Shown: positions 26,261 through 39,057 of the stretch, in pieces
How positions within the stretch are numbered: the first letter of the stretch is position 1
Layout: each line of letters starts with the position of its first letter
Origin: Camelus ferus
Lineage: Eukaryota
DNA length: 64,000 nt
Direction of reading: 5' to 3'
Assembly (NCBI RefSeq): GCF_009834535.1
Contig: NC_045697.1
Location: 85,066,001 to 85,130,000, forward strand
The notes under the pieces: model-generated
Told to the model about the DNA's origin: nothing
The model's input: the letters and a program-made list of their open reading frames with translations, nothing else
Databases searched by the model: none
Position numbers and translations under genes: made by a program

Positions 26261-29200
26261 GATTTGGCCATTTAAGGCAAGGTGGGTTTAAAATTTATAG
26301 AGTGTCAATTTCTCTCACTTCTGTGTTTTTTCTTTTTAGTTTCTTGGTAAATTTTGGTCTCTGCTTGCCAAACAGCAATCTGAAGGGAAGAATTACAAGA
26401 TGGAAATAGTCAAAAGTTTTCAAGCTTATGTGTTATTTCAGTCTAAAATAAGGATTGTAAATCATTGCAGCCAGAATATGAGCAAATTCTATTTTATCTC
26501 TATCTTTAAGTAAAAATGAACCAGAATATGTGTCACTATATCCTTAGAAAGAAGCAACTGTGTCCTGCTATGACCAACTTCTATATGTAGGTTCCATGAG
26601 GCATAGAGTATAAAAGTATGTCACACATGCACAGAAACATGCATAAGGTCTGCTTCTCATGGAAGAAACACTATAATATTCCAACTCATTTCTTGTTTTA
26701 TCCCTCCTTTAAAACATAATTTCATCACTTCCATCTGGAATATTTTGTGAGGCAGCTTCCTAGCCTGTACAGAAGGTCAGATTAGTTTTCCTGAATCCAT
26801 GAGCTGCTCAGAGAGCATTCTCAGCTTAAAGGAAACAAATCAAATTCTAAATGGAATTGCAGTTGATAGAAAAGACCAGAAAGTCCTGCAGCCTGTGTTG
26901 GTTAGTGATGGATACTGAGATGAGCAGCCAAGCTGTGAGTAGATGCTAAGCTATTTCTAAATACCTTATTTGGATTTATGCTTTACTTTCCATTTATCAA
27001 GTGTTGTGATGCTGTGAAAACCACTTAAGTTTCCCAAAGCATTTTGGAAATGTAATCCTCCAAGTAGCAATGTTCAAACTTGATATGACCATTATTAGCC
27101 TGAGGACATAGCCATCAGCCACAGTAGCATCACTGATACAGTAGTGCTTGGTGGGCACTACTGTACTGATTCTGTAGACTCAGCATTTTACTCCCATTAC
27201 AATATTTGGAGAAAATTTCCACGCTTCATCCCTTTATAAAGTTACCTCTAATCAAAGGAAATGCAGTCTTCCAAATTATCTTCTCCAGTCACATACCACA
27301 CAGCGTTTTGACTTCATGGTACAGAAACCATCTCATGCAATTCACTAATGCCGAGAGAGGTCACGGATGTTTTCTGTTTCTGACATCACAAGTCTACCTC
27401 TGAGCCACTGTGGAAACACAGTTTCACTCTCCTTGGAAAAATCTGGTCAAAATATCTATTACTTTTCTTCTTCATTTTTCCCTATCTAAAAGAGAATGCA
27501 GCTACTTCAAAATGAATGCTAAGATACCTCACGAGTAAAATAATGGGCAATGATGTAACATATGACATTGTCTTTCTTCATTTATTCTGATATGTATCTT
27601 CTAAAAGACACAATTTAAGTAAGTCTAATTTTTTTATCATTTTGCACCTTTATAATGTCAATGAACAGACCTGTCAATTTCTTCTCTAGCAAAATGACAT
27701 CATCTCACCCTTGAACACATGTGTGAGCTTACGCTGAAAAGTGAACTCAAAGAAATATTGGGGTATTAAACATATATTGTACTTCTCATGCTTATAAAAA
27801 TCACATCCACTTCTGGAGACCACTTGGTTTTATTTTTCCTCCCATTTGATATTATCTCACATCTGTGGAAATATGAGTGAAAGATTAACTCACTTGGCAA
27901 TAGAAAATTGTGGACCCCTTATGGAATGAAGTGTTTGATATGAAAATGGAACAATTGGTCTTAGGGGTAATTCCAAGTAGAATAGGGGTCCCCAGGAGGA
28001 TATGTGCTGAAGTAACCATTTTAAAGATACTGCGCACATTTCTCTTTGTGAAACTTGCTTGGCACCTCATAATGAAAACATCATCTATACTTCTCCATAA
28101 GAATGTTTGAAATTCTATATTTAAAACAAATACTGTATCCTTACCTTTAGTGTCTCTCCAAGCTTTAGACTATAGTCATGCTTCCTTGTGAATCTCTGAG
28201 GGAAAAGAATATCCATGTAGCCCCTCAGTTTCTTACTTCAGATACATACAAAACTAGGGGGAAAAACAGCCTTCCAGGTATAGCCACACTCACTGTCCTT
28301 CCACCGTGCTCAGATTTTGCAGAGAAATGTCCCTAAATACTAGATGAACAAGTTCTGGACACAAGATATGATTCTGGTTCTCTGGGAAGGTGGAATGTAT
28401 CCAACAGACTACTTTTAACCAATATCTTCCCCTGATCTACCATCTTCTCCTATCTGCCATCTATTCTTATCTTTATAATCAGAAATGTTCTAAGATTTCA
28501 GTGTGATTCATAGATTTTGCTCAGTAAGAGTTACATTTAACCTAAGCTTCTATGAGACACAAATTCTAAAACTGCATGAACATTTCCTTCTGTGCTTATT
28601 ACCTTTGTTAGAGTAGCACCAATTTCTGACAAAAAAATATATATATGGCAAACGATTGTAAGGAAACTTGCAGGAAACATCGTCTATGTTACAATGTCCT
28701 CTACGTTTACATGATTTTTTAATTATTTCTTTTTTCACCAAAATCCCAGGAGATATTTGCAAGTAGAATCACGTTTGAATTGGCTTGAGTGAAATTAAAT
28801 TTTGTTGTATCCGAACCTCGGCAAATGCAAAGCCACTGCGACACAAAAGTAGTTGGCCAGGAAGGTAAAGATGGACGACTGCATCTGAAAATATCCTCAG
28901 TACTTGTGCTGAATTGACAAAGTACTACACTACTATGTGAATGATGGCTGTTAAGACTATGAGGAAAAGCTTTGGAAGAAGCCTTAAGAAAGTCACACTG
29001 TCACACCATGGGACACAGGGAGAAGAAAGGCCAAAAGTAACGAGCCTTTTTTCTGACCTCCCTTTCCCACCAATGAATACTACAAGCCTTTCCTCCCAGC
29101 TTGTTCCTCTGCTACTTAGAATGTGGCTACTTGATTTTTTAAAAAATTAAATTTAAGCAGATACTCAGTTTTGTACTACAGTATCAAGCAAGGTATCCTG

Positions 29201-29629
29201 CTTAAAAACGTGTTTTGCCAACCAAAATTACTGCCTGAGTTTATCCCTTTTTAACCTACTATGCTTGAACACAGTATTAGTCTTCAAGGCACCAGCATTC
29301 GAATCTGCAGACGTGTGGTTTTTACAGCCAGGCTCTATGGAGCAGAATTTAAGCCCATTCATTTGTTCGCTGAAGTTGATTGCAAACACATTTCAAAGGA
29401 GAATCTTGGAGTTGTCTTGAGGCATTTACTTAGCCTTTTTATGCACTTTCAAAAAAATCAACACAAATATCTGCGAGGCCTGTGGGTGTGTGATTAGCTG
29501 ACAGGCCCACTCCAGGCACTTGACGTTGAATACAGCCTAGTACAAAGTGCTGCTCGATGTTTGTCCAAAGCCCTGGGCTGGAGTCTCAGAAGAGTTCTTT
29601 CAAGGACTCGCTTTCAGATACTGTGAATT

Positions 29630-30130
29630 GTCTGTGTCTTACACAAAGTCCCAGTTGTATTTGACATAGCAGAACACTCATTCCCCATTGAAATATCCTC
29701 CTGTCTGTGACATCATGGGCTCTTGGATTTTCTCCTGCTTCAGAGAACATTTTGCCTTAGATTTTTTTGCTAGTTCTTTTTCTTCTTCCCAACCTCTAAA
29801 TGCTAGTTTTCCTCAAGGTTTACTCTTGAGCACTGTTCTCATTTCCCCTCTTGCTACTTCTCTCTCTGTCTCTCTCCCTCTGCCTCTATTTGCTGTCTGT
29901 CTCTCTTCATGTATATACGTTCCTTTCATAGGTTACCACATCCAGTCCTATGGTTTTAAATACCACTTTTATTCTCATAAATTCTAAATTTATTAATTTA
30001 GATTAATAATGTATCCATGTATAATATATAAATGTATAATAATCTAATTAATCCTAAATTAACTAATGTATTAGTTTAGAACATTTTCCCTTCAGCATTT
30101 CTAACTGCTAGCATCTTCTCGTGCTACTAA
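29630..30130 (+). mobile_element. L2 fragment
   Basis: atttgacatagcagaacactcattcc..tcttggattttctcct..ctctaaatgctagttttcctcaagg..catccagtcctatggttttaaataccac. Confidence 0.7.
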
Positions 30131-30201
30131 ACCTTCAAATCTCAGCTTATATTGCAACATCTTCATTGTTAACAGGCCACACCGATCACAGTCACTGAAT
30201 A

Positions 30202-30432
30202 CAATTGACCTGTGGACCACATGGATTTGAACTGCATGGGTCCACTTATACTCAGATTTTTTTCAATAGTAGTTACTGCAATACTGCAGGATCAACCATT
30301 GGTTGAATCTGAATTCAGAACCATGAATATGGAGGAACAACATATATGGAGTGCAGACTATAAATTATGGATTTTGGACTGTGTAGAGGGTAAGCACCCC
30401 TTAACCCCTCTGCATTGTTCAAGGGTCAACTG
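30202..30432 (+). mobile_element. TcMar-Tigger MITE, Tigger2a/MER8-like
   Basis: TA TSDs at 30200-30201 and 30433-30434; termini caattgacc.. and ..tgttcaagggtcaactg; internal tttgaactgcatgggtccacttatactcagatttttttcaata. Confidence 0.9.
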
Positions 30433-31419
30433 TATGGCCTCTCTTTGGTTTACTCACCTTGTTTTCCCAACTCCATCACTAGTCTATAAGCTTTCCAAAG
30501 CAGTGCCATTTCTGTCTTCATTACTGGATCCTTAGCTCCTGTCACAGGCTTGACACTTAAGTAGATCTTCTGGGAATATTTGATTAAGGGATGATAGCTA
30601 TCTAACCCGGGCTCAGGAGTGTCCAACTGAGACATCTAGAGGAAGGAGCTAATCTGCTTGGAGGAAAATGAAGAATACCTAGTTGGTATGGGCATGACAC
30701 AGTAAAGAGAAGATGATTCCATTATAGGCAGATGTGGCATGTGCAAACATTTGTAGCTGGGGTGTTTAGAGGGATGAAGGTACAGAAGTGTTGTGGTGGG
30801 TGGCAGGTGTGTCATTTTCAACTAGATAGTAGAATATTTCAGTGTTTCAGATTTATGTTTGGTTTAAAACATTTTAAAGGACATGCATCTGATTATTTAT
30901 TATTTCTTATATAATTATATGTTTGCTTAATTTTAATTTCCATTTGACAATCAGCAGCATCTTAGCCACTTCAGTTTTTAGGTTTTTCTCCTGTGAACTA
31001 TTCCACGACCTGTAAACTACACCCTTAGGAACCTGCTGCTTTAAGGAATCTTGTGATCACATTGTAAAAGGAGAAAATCTTTATGAATGTGACATTTCTT
31101 ATCCTTCAGATTATTATTTGAGACAAGATGTTCAGATACTCGTTTAGTTTGACTATTCTTAAATAAAGTGGAAGGCTGCTCAGTGGGAAAATGGTACCCA
31201 TCTGTAGAGATATGTTTTTCACCCTCTATCCCTGTGGTGGTTGCTGGTCTTGCTGTGACAGATCCCGGGTGCAGGGGGATAGGAGGAAGGGTGAGAGGGA
31301 GAAATGAGATACAGAGTGCTGAAAGCCACAGTAAGGATGAAGTCTTTGTATTTTTGTAACAACAGTAGCTATTAAATAATTGAAAGATATTCAAAATATA
31401 TTTTTAAAATAATTATTAG

Positions 31420-31820
31420 CTACTATATTAGGGCTGCTGCAACAAAGTACCATGGACTGAATGGCTTTAACAACAGAAATTTATTTTCCTCACAGTTCTG
31501 GAGACTAGAAGTGAGAACCAAGGTGTTGGCTGAGTTAGTTCCTTCTGGGGCCAGGGTGGGAACATCTGTTCCAGGTCTCTCTCTTTGCCTTGTAGGTGGC
31601 TGTCTTCTCCCTGTATCTCTTCATATCATCTTCCCTCTATACCATTTCCATGTCCAGTTCCCTTTTTATAAAGACACTGGTCTTACTAGATTAGGGTCCA
31701 CCCTCATGACCTCATTTTAACTTGATTACTTCCATAAAGACCCCATCTCCAAATAAGGTCACACTCTGAGGCACTGGAGGTTAAGAATTCAACATATGAA
31801 CTTGAATTTAGCCCACAGCA
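31420..31820 (-). mobile_element. MaLR solo LTR (MLT1B/C-like)
   Basis: agggctgctgcaacaaagtaccat..aacaacagaaatttatt..cacagttctggagactagaag..gacctcattttaacttgattac..tccaaataaggtcacactctgagg. Confidence 0.92.
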
Positions 31821-31829
31821 GGTACCATG

Positions 31830-32225
31830 TAGAGAGTGGATTATAGCAGAGATTTGGGTTGGAGACAAGAACAGTTACAAAAGCAGTGAGCAAAACAGGT
31901 GAGAAATGCCGTAAGTGGATCTTGGTTCTTGGACATAGCAGTATGAAAATATAAGTGGATTTGAGAGATGTTAAGGAATGCAAATTTGCAAATATTGCTC
32001 ATCATTTGGGTGAATGGGTCAGGGAGAGAGTGGAGACAAGAATGTATCTATAGGCTTCCACCAGAGATCACTCTGAATGCTGGTTCTAATACTGTATGAG
32101 GAATACAAGAAGAGCTGGACAATGATGACTCCTCTTTTGCATATGACGATTTTAGGTGAAGTGAGATATATCCAAGTGAAGATAACCAGGAAAATTGGGT
32201 CAGAATCTGGGCTGGAAACCACAGC
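31830..32225 (-). mobile_element. L2 fragment
   Basis: gtggatttgagagatgttaagga..tttaggtgaagtgagatatatccaagtgaagata..cagaatctgggctgga. Confidence 0.65.
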
Positions 32226-32334
32226 GTTACATACTCAGCATGTTTATTTCCCATCTTTCTTCCCTAAAATAAGCATGTTGGCGGCATTTGGGTTGTTGAG
32301 TGTTTTCGCTGCATCTCACAAGCTGTGATATCCA

Positions 32335-33330
32335 CCAAATCCATGCTGAACATCTGCTACGTGCCAGGCACTGTCTGGCCCATTAGAGATTTCTCAGCGC
32401 ATAAACCAGAAAAAATCCCTGCCTTTGTTCCAGTGGAGGGAGACATAATTTTTTTAAATGTGTGATAAATATGTCAAATATGTAATATTTTAGCAGGTGA
32501 TACATGATATTTCCAAAGATAATTAACTCAGGTTCATGGAATCAAGAGTGCCACAAGGCCTGGGAATAAGCTTGCAGTATAAAATAAGTTTGTAATGGGG
32601 TCTCAGTAAAAAGGAGAAATTTTAAGAAAGGCTTGAAAACAGTGAGGCCATCACCAAAGGTGTTTCTGAAAGAAGAGAGTTCTAGGCAAAGGGAAGACCT
32701 GGAGCATCAGTCCTAAGAGCAGTGCGTGCTGAGTGCATCCTAGGGACTAGAAAGGTGGCTGGAGAGTAGAAGGATTGGCGATTGGAGAGGTAATGGAGGG
32801 GTAGACTATGAGAGCCTCATAGACCATTGTAAGGCTTTTCTTCTGAATGAAGTGGGGGAGGCTCTGCAGGGTTTTGACAAGTGGTGACAGGATCCTGCTT
32901 GCCTCAAAAGAGATGGTGTTGGCTGCCGTGTTGAAAATAGACCACAGTGGGACAAGGGTAGATCTGTTAGAAGGTAATGTGATAGAAGATGGTGGCTTAC
33001 ATTAGGGCAATTGCAGTGTAGGTGATGAGAACCAGTCTTATCTGGGATATATTTTTACAAAGTAGAGTCCTCAGGATTTCCTCCCACACTGGATGTGGGG
33101 TTAAGAGAAAGGGGAGACAAGAATGATTGTAAGTCTTTTGGCCTAAGAACCTGAAGACAGGGAAACCTACGAGTGGAGTTAGTCTGGAGTGGAGGTTAGG
33201 TGTTCACTTTGAGCCAGGCTGTGTATGAGATGTCTATTTATCATTCAAGTAAATATGCTGAGGGGGCAGTTGAATAAAAGAATATATGGTATTCTGAACA
33301 GAGATCTGTTGTGGTGATTTAAAAATGGGA
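32335..33330 (-). mobile_element. L2 LINE 3' portion
   Basis: tgctgaacatctgctacgtgccaggcactgtct..gaagagagttctaggcaaaggga..gaccattgtaagg..tgagatgtctatt..caagtaaatatgctgagggggcagttgaata. Confidence 0.85.
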
Positions 33331-33829
33331 TTTGTGAAATCCATTTGTGTTGTGATCAGAGAATGCCGTCTTTCATTTACTGACTATTTGAGATTGATTG
33401 ACATTCTTGTTTTACGGTTAATATATGATTATTTTGTACATGTTGCATGTTTACGAAGAATGAATGTTCTCTAGTAGATGTTCAGCTTGATATCTTTACT
33501 AATTTTTAATCTACCTGACTTATCAATATGTTTCATGTGTGTGTATGTGTATTTGTGTGCATGTGTGTATGTGTGTGTATGTAGGCTAACGTAAATTTAG
33601 AATATCTAATCCTGGATAGGCCAGACCAATTGCTAGAAAAATGAGCGTACTAGTTTTCTTTTGATCTGTATTTTGTTTATCTCTTTTTACCCTTTTATTT
33701 CCCGTTCTCAGTTTTAGGTTGCTTTGAACTATCTCTCATAAGCAAGATATATGAGATTTTTTTCTGTTTGGTTTCTACTCTGACTTTTACTGTATGAGTT
33801 TAATCTCTTTATAAGAGTTTTGTTTTGTG

Positions 33830-34240
33830 TTGGCTGTTTGTTGAATTATAACAAATATTCAGAAAACTGCACAAATCATACATATGCACTGAGTGAATTT
33901 TCACAAATTGAACACCCCTGTGAAACCACCATCAAGAAACAAAACACTATTACACCCCTAAAATTTCCCTATGGCTCTTTCCAGCCACTCTTCTCCACCC
34001 AGAATTTACGGTATCCTGAATTCTAACATGGTAGATTACCTTAGCCTGCACTTCTGAAATTATATAGTGTAGTACAGTATATATTCTTTTTTATTTGAAT
34101 ATTGGATACAGATGTGATAAAAACAAAACATGGCAGAATATTAGTGGTACCTCAGTGGTAAGTATTTTGGAGTTTATTGTAAAGATTTTTTAATTTTGCT
34201 GTATTCTTGAAAATTGTCATAATGATATGTTAGAAAAATA
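33830..34240. mobile_element. Ancient L1ME-type 3' end fragments (one minus, one plus)
   Basis: cagaaaactgcacaaatcata..tgaattttcacaaattgaacacccctgtgaaaccacc (minus); ggcagaatattagt..cttgaaaattgtcataat (plus). Confidence 0.6.
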
Positions 34241-35739
34241 CATTGTTACATTATCCTGACTTTCTAGAAAAAGGGCGGTTAAAAGTGTAGGAATTTGTCA
34301 ACTTGTATAGGGACTTACTAGCTCTAGTTTCTTCAGCAGACACTAGCAGTTTGCAGTGCCCTTGGCACCTACTTCTCTATAACTGAGAAGAATAGCTCAC
34401 TGGGATATTCACAGCTTGCTGAATTATTAACAAGCATCTTACATTCTTTATTCTGACTTTATATTAATTGAATCATCTTCCAATTTTTGTTTAATTTCTC
34501 AAAGAAAAGGAAATGAATTTAGTAATTTAGGCCCATGTTTGATAATTAATTTATTTTCTCATTGTAAATTAACGTTTTTCATTAGAAAACAGAGTGGTCT
34601 GAATTTGGTTTCCTGAGCAGCTCAAGACAAATTAGCCATCGAGGTGCAGGCTTCATGGCACTCAGCCAGAGGTTCGATGCCTAAGCCAGCCTCTTTGATG
34701 CCTAATAGCTAACTACGAAGTCCCAATTATGTAAACTGATGGTCTCTTTATTAATGTTGTGTACAAATAAAGAATGCTTGAAGGCCTCCATTTCCATAAA
34801 ATTGCTCCAAAACTAATTGGGGTAAAAGTCTGTCTGTTAATATTTAATTTCTCTTTCAAACAGAAAGTGTAATTCCTGTATCAGCAATATAGTGCTATTA
34901 CAAGCATTTTGGATACAGAAATGGCCTTGTTATAAAATGGCTATTAATGGTGTTATTCATTAAAGTGGGATTCTATTATCTCTCATCCCCTCCAGTACTA
35001 TACTAGATTACTTTTCTTAAAAAATAATGTTCCGTTATAAAAACTTTCCCAATTTAACTTCGTACCTCAATTGGGAAAAAAAAAACAACAACAATTTTAC
35101 ACATTCATGGATATTGGTTGTGTGTTTCTTTGCACTTAGTAATTCCTTATTAATTAAAATATATTTTTAAAGGTTATGAATACATGATTTAGGGTACCCT
35201 GAACCTTCACCAAAAAGAAAACTTGAAAGTAAACTGCTAATTTTAAATATTTTCCCTAAAATTCTAGAGGGAGCTATTGAGATTATGTGGAGACAATGAG
35301 TATTCTTACGACTTTATTACAACTATTAAGATGCTCAACTGCAGTCAAACTGAATTAAATTGCCTTTCAATAGTCTTTTAATGGAAAAGCCACAGGGTGG
35401 CCATATCCTTGCTTTGCAAAATTATAGTTTTTTCCCTTTAGCAGAATTTAAGGATATAATGTATACCATTTTCTCTCCGGAGTACCTACATAGCAGACAG
35501 AGTGCATAATTGTAGTCTAAGAAAAACTAATACTCCTATCATTAAGGACCCGGTTTGTACTTTTGAAATTTTTCCAGTTCTGTATTCGTGAAAAAGAGCA
35601 AGCAAATTAAATATACAAATAAATCAAGTAAGAATTACAGAAACGTTGTAGCAAATGAATCTGCAAGAGATAAGCAAGTGAAATGTCATAGTTAAGTGAG
35701 TGAGTGGGACAGCACAGCAGAGAAAATGAGCCCTGATCT

Positions 35740-35925
35740 CAAAGTCTGGGCACTACTGTGCTTCTTCAGTTTTGATAATGCACCAGTGCTTGGACGAATG
35801 TCTTAGTGTCCCTGAGCCCCATGAACTAATCATAAGATAAAATGGGGAGAGTTCATTTATGAGGATTAAATGGGCTGATATCAACAGAAATGCTGTACCC
35901 ATTGAATGATGCTGTGCAAATGGCA
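35740..35925 (+). mobile_element. MIR SINE
   Basis: tcttagtgtccctgagcccc..aaaatgggga..tgaggattaaatgggctgat. Confidence 0.6.
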
Positions 35926-36165
35926 ATTCCGTTTTTTACTTAGGGATGTTTTCTCTCCTCAGCATGCCTAAGCATGTTTATCCTACGTGTGTAAGAGAAA
36001 TTCTGACTGTGGCAGGGTCACAGCTTGGGTCACAGTGTGTGATGTGCATCCTCACACTCTAAATAGTGAAGACACTAGTGACTTAGGCAGTGTGATTTGA
36101 ACAATGCTGCCAGGCCCCTCCTGCCCCAGAAGTATCTCGGGAAATAGCCTTACATTGCCTGGAAC

Positions 36166-36685
36166 TGTTACTGAGTCCAGACTAGTTCTACTCGCCACAC
36201 GACAGGCCAATAAATAGGGAGGCGAGGTGCTGGGGTGAGGAATAATGACTTTATTTGGAAAGCCAGCAGACCACGAAGACGGCAGACTAATGTCCTGGAC
36301 AGCCATCTTCCCCAAGTCAAAATTCAGGCTCCTTTTATACTAAAAAGAGGAGGAGGTATTGTTGGCTGTTGCAAACTTCTTGGAGTCCGAATCCTTTGTT
36401 CTTGCAGCTGTCCATGTAGGTCAGGTCCTGGTGTCCCTGTAAGCCTCCAACAAGACGATTATTATTTTCTGTTCTGCAACTTTTTATCTTTATATGAATG
36501 GGAAAGTGTTATACTCTTAAAGGTCAGAGCCTGGAGAATGGGCTATCTGGTATATTTTAGGCTCTGGGCAACATTCTTTTGCAAAAGGTGCAGAACCAGC
36601 ATGACTAAGCCCAGGAAACAGAGCACAGGGTTAGAGCTAAAGAAACAGATCTAAGATGGAGTCAGATTTGTTCTTTTCTACTACA
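36166..36685 (-). mobile_element. ERV1-class solo LTR, MER41/MER4-group-like
   Basis: TG..CA termini; minus strand starts tgtagtagaaaagaacaaatctgactccatcttagatc and ends ggactcagtaaca, with AATAAA about 85 nt from the 3' end; no clean TSD seen. Confidence 0.85.
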
Positions 36686-36699
36686 ATTCAAGAAGGGAA

Positions 36700-38145
36700 T
36701 ACATGCATGTGGAAGCCCGATATAGGGTGTCAAACTACAGCAAAGGTGGAGAGGGTCTCGTTTGGACCAGCAGGAGTGATGGAGCCCAAGAGGGGTGAAA
36801 AGGGCATTCATGCAGAGGTGCATCCGGCATGGGGAGGCAGCAGGGTGAGAAGGGTGTCCACGTGAGCGAGGTCAGGTGGTGGCAACAGATTTGAGAGATT
36901 GTTGACATATAAGGGGATTGGTTAACAGAGCCAAGTTTCTCATTGTCTGAAAAGTCAGATATAGAAAAGGAGAAGGCTAGCACAAACCATGTAGTACTAA
37001 GTTTGGTATGATCACATGGCTTTCAATAGATAAAGATAGATAGAGAAGTAAACATAGAGGTAAATATGTGTATGTATGAGTATGCATATCTGCCCGTCCA
37101 CTGATAGGGCCTGGATATAGCAACACCCCAATGATAATGAACACAACTAGGTCCTAGATACTGACTTCTAAATCCCATTCTCCAGTAAAAGGAGCTCAAA
37201 CTTTTGGAGAAAAATGGCTAATTTGAGGGCTGGAGCAGGAAACCTCAGTAAGATGAGTCTAGAAGACCTTGTTGTTTCCAGAAAGGAAATGCTCAAAGAA
37301 TAATGGGGATATACCCAAAAGAAACTGGAGTCAGCATGAGTGGCCTCCCACTGACCAAATTAGGAAAAATTTAAGCATCAAAATAAGGGATAGAGTAAAA
37401 CTCATTGAATAAAATAGGAAATCTTGAGTCCTTACAGATGCAAATAAATAAGTGTGTGAATAAATTGAAATTTATTCTTTTAATGTAAAGGGATATTTAC
37501 ACAGCTCAAAGCACCTCTCCCCACAAAACACACTTTGAAAGCAGAAAAGAGTAACTTTACAGTAGAGGATCTTGGTGACACAACACAGCCTTTTTCAATT
37601 AGGACACCACATTTGAATTAAAGAACACACATTTGGGTGATTATTTTCTCAATTCTTCCAAGAATAGTTCATTCTAAAAGCATAAGAAATAAATGAATTC
37701 ATTACACATGAGTGTCTTAGAGCACAGGTCAGCAAAATAGAGCCTGCAGGACCAATCCAGCCAGCTACCTTTTTTTTTTTTTTAATGTATTTATTACAAG
37801 CTAAGAATGACTTCTTACATTTTTAAATGGTTGAAAAAAGGAAAAAGAAGGTGACATTGTGATATATGAAAGTTAAGTGAAATTCAAATCTCATTGTCCA
37901 TAAATAGAATTTTAATGCAACCAGAGCCATTTGTTTATGCATTATCCATGGCTTCTTTCCTGTTACAGTGGCCTAAATTATTAATACATGGCCATTGACA
38001 GAAAAAGTTTGCCAAGCCCAGCCTTAGAATATTAGGGTTTAATTCTCTCAGAGTATCTTTGGTTGAGAAAAACTGGACCAAAGTGAACATCATCAGTAAT
38101 GAAACAAGTTGAACTTGTGTGTCACCAGTTAGGATCCATGAGTTA
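36700..38145 (+). mobile_element. L1MC3/4-like 3' region, interrupted by a MER58 element
   Basis: ctaaatcccattctccagtaaaaggag..tggagaaaaatggcta..ggctggagcagg..gctcaaagaataatgggg; ..gtaactttacagtagag resumes as caaagtgaacatcatcagtaatg near 38080. Confidence 0.75.
37723..38021 (+). mobile_element. hAT-Charlie MITE, MER58B-like
   Basis: Termini cacaggtcagcaaa.. and ..acagaaaaagtttgccaagcccag; imperfect 8-bp TSD tcttagag / ccttagaa. Confidence 0.85.
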
Positions 38146-38169
38146 ATGGATGTCAAATATTTTTTCTTC

Positions 38170-38500
38170 ACTTACAGAGATAATCTTTTTTCAGTTTGTT
38201 CTTATGATGAATTATATTGACTGATTTTAAAATGAAACAACCTTGGTTTCCTGTGATAAACTCACTAGGGCATGATATGTTCTTTCTTTCTAATATTGTT
38301 ATAATGTATTTTCTAATATTTGATTAAGGATGATTGTGTCCGCTTAATGGGGAATATTAATCTTTAATTTTCTTGTAATTTTTTCTGCTCTTGGTGTCTG
38401 GCTGATTTGTGACTCAGAATGTTTGGGATGTGTCTCCTCCTCTTCTGTCTTTTGGAAGTTTATACAGAATTGGTATTACCTTTTCCTTTAATATTTGGTG
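38170..38500 (-). mobile_element. Old L1 ORF2 fragment
   Basis: tatattgactgatttt..aaccttggtttcctgtgataaactcact..ctaatatttgattaagga..agaattggtatt..taatatttggt. Confidence 0.75.
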
Positions 38501-39057
38501 AATTTGCTGAGTCTTCTGAGTTGGGAGCCATCTGAACTCTGGGGCTTATCCCACCTCTTCTTTAACGTGATCTTTTCCTGTTTTGGGTAGGTTCCTCCTA
38601 CATCTGTGCCTGTCAGTACTGGGTCAAACACTTGAGAGAGCCCTCTGTAAATTTTTAGAGATTCCCCTGTGGAGCTCTTTTCTTCCTGATATTTGGTTCT
38701 GCTAGTCTGATTTAGCCTCCAAAATTCAACTCTGCTTCCTCAAAGCACTGCGATCACTGGGTCTGTTTTGTTTGCCTCTCCCCACCTCTTCACATGGGCT
38801 AGAAACTCTCTCCAGGCAGTAAGCTGGAGGCAATTATAGGGCTTGTATCATTTGTTTCTCTTCTTTTGGAGATGACCGTCTGAGATGCCTAATACCCAAA
38901 GTCTGAAAAGTGTGTGTTCTTATAGTAGACTTTTCTAGCTGATTTCATGGGGGGAAAAGTGAATTGGCTTCTGCTAAATCCTCATGACCAAGAATAGAAG
39001 TCATTCAATATTGTTTTATATTTATGTACCATCTTCCAAATTACAACTGAGAAATTT

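Noticed and set aside
27904..27970. DPLWNEVF peptide resembling the C2-domain NPxWNExF motif, with weak AG/GT borders
   Set aside because: Short match, poor polypyrimidine tract and no other C2-like exons in the window; likely coincidence. A tBLASTn search would settle it.
36235..36654. 139-aa ORF as a retroviral gene
   Set aside because: Antisense to a solo LTR; no gag, pol or env motifs.
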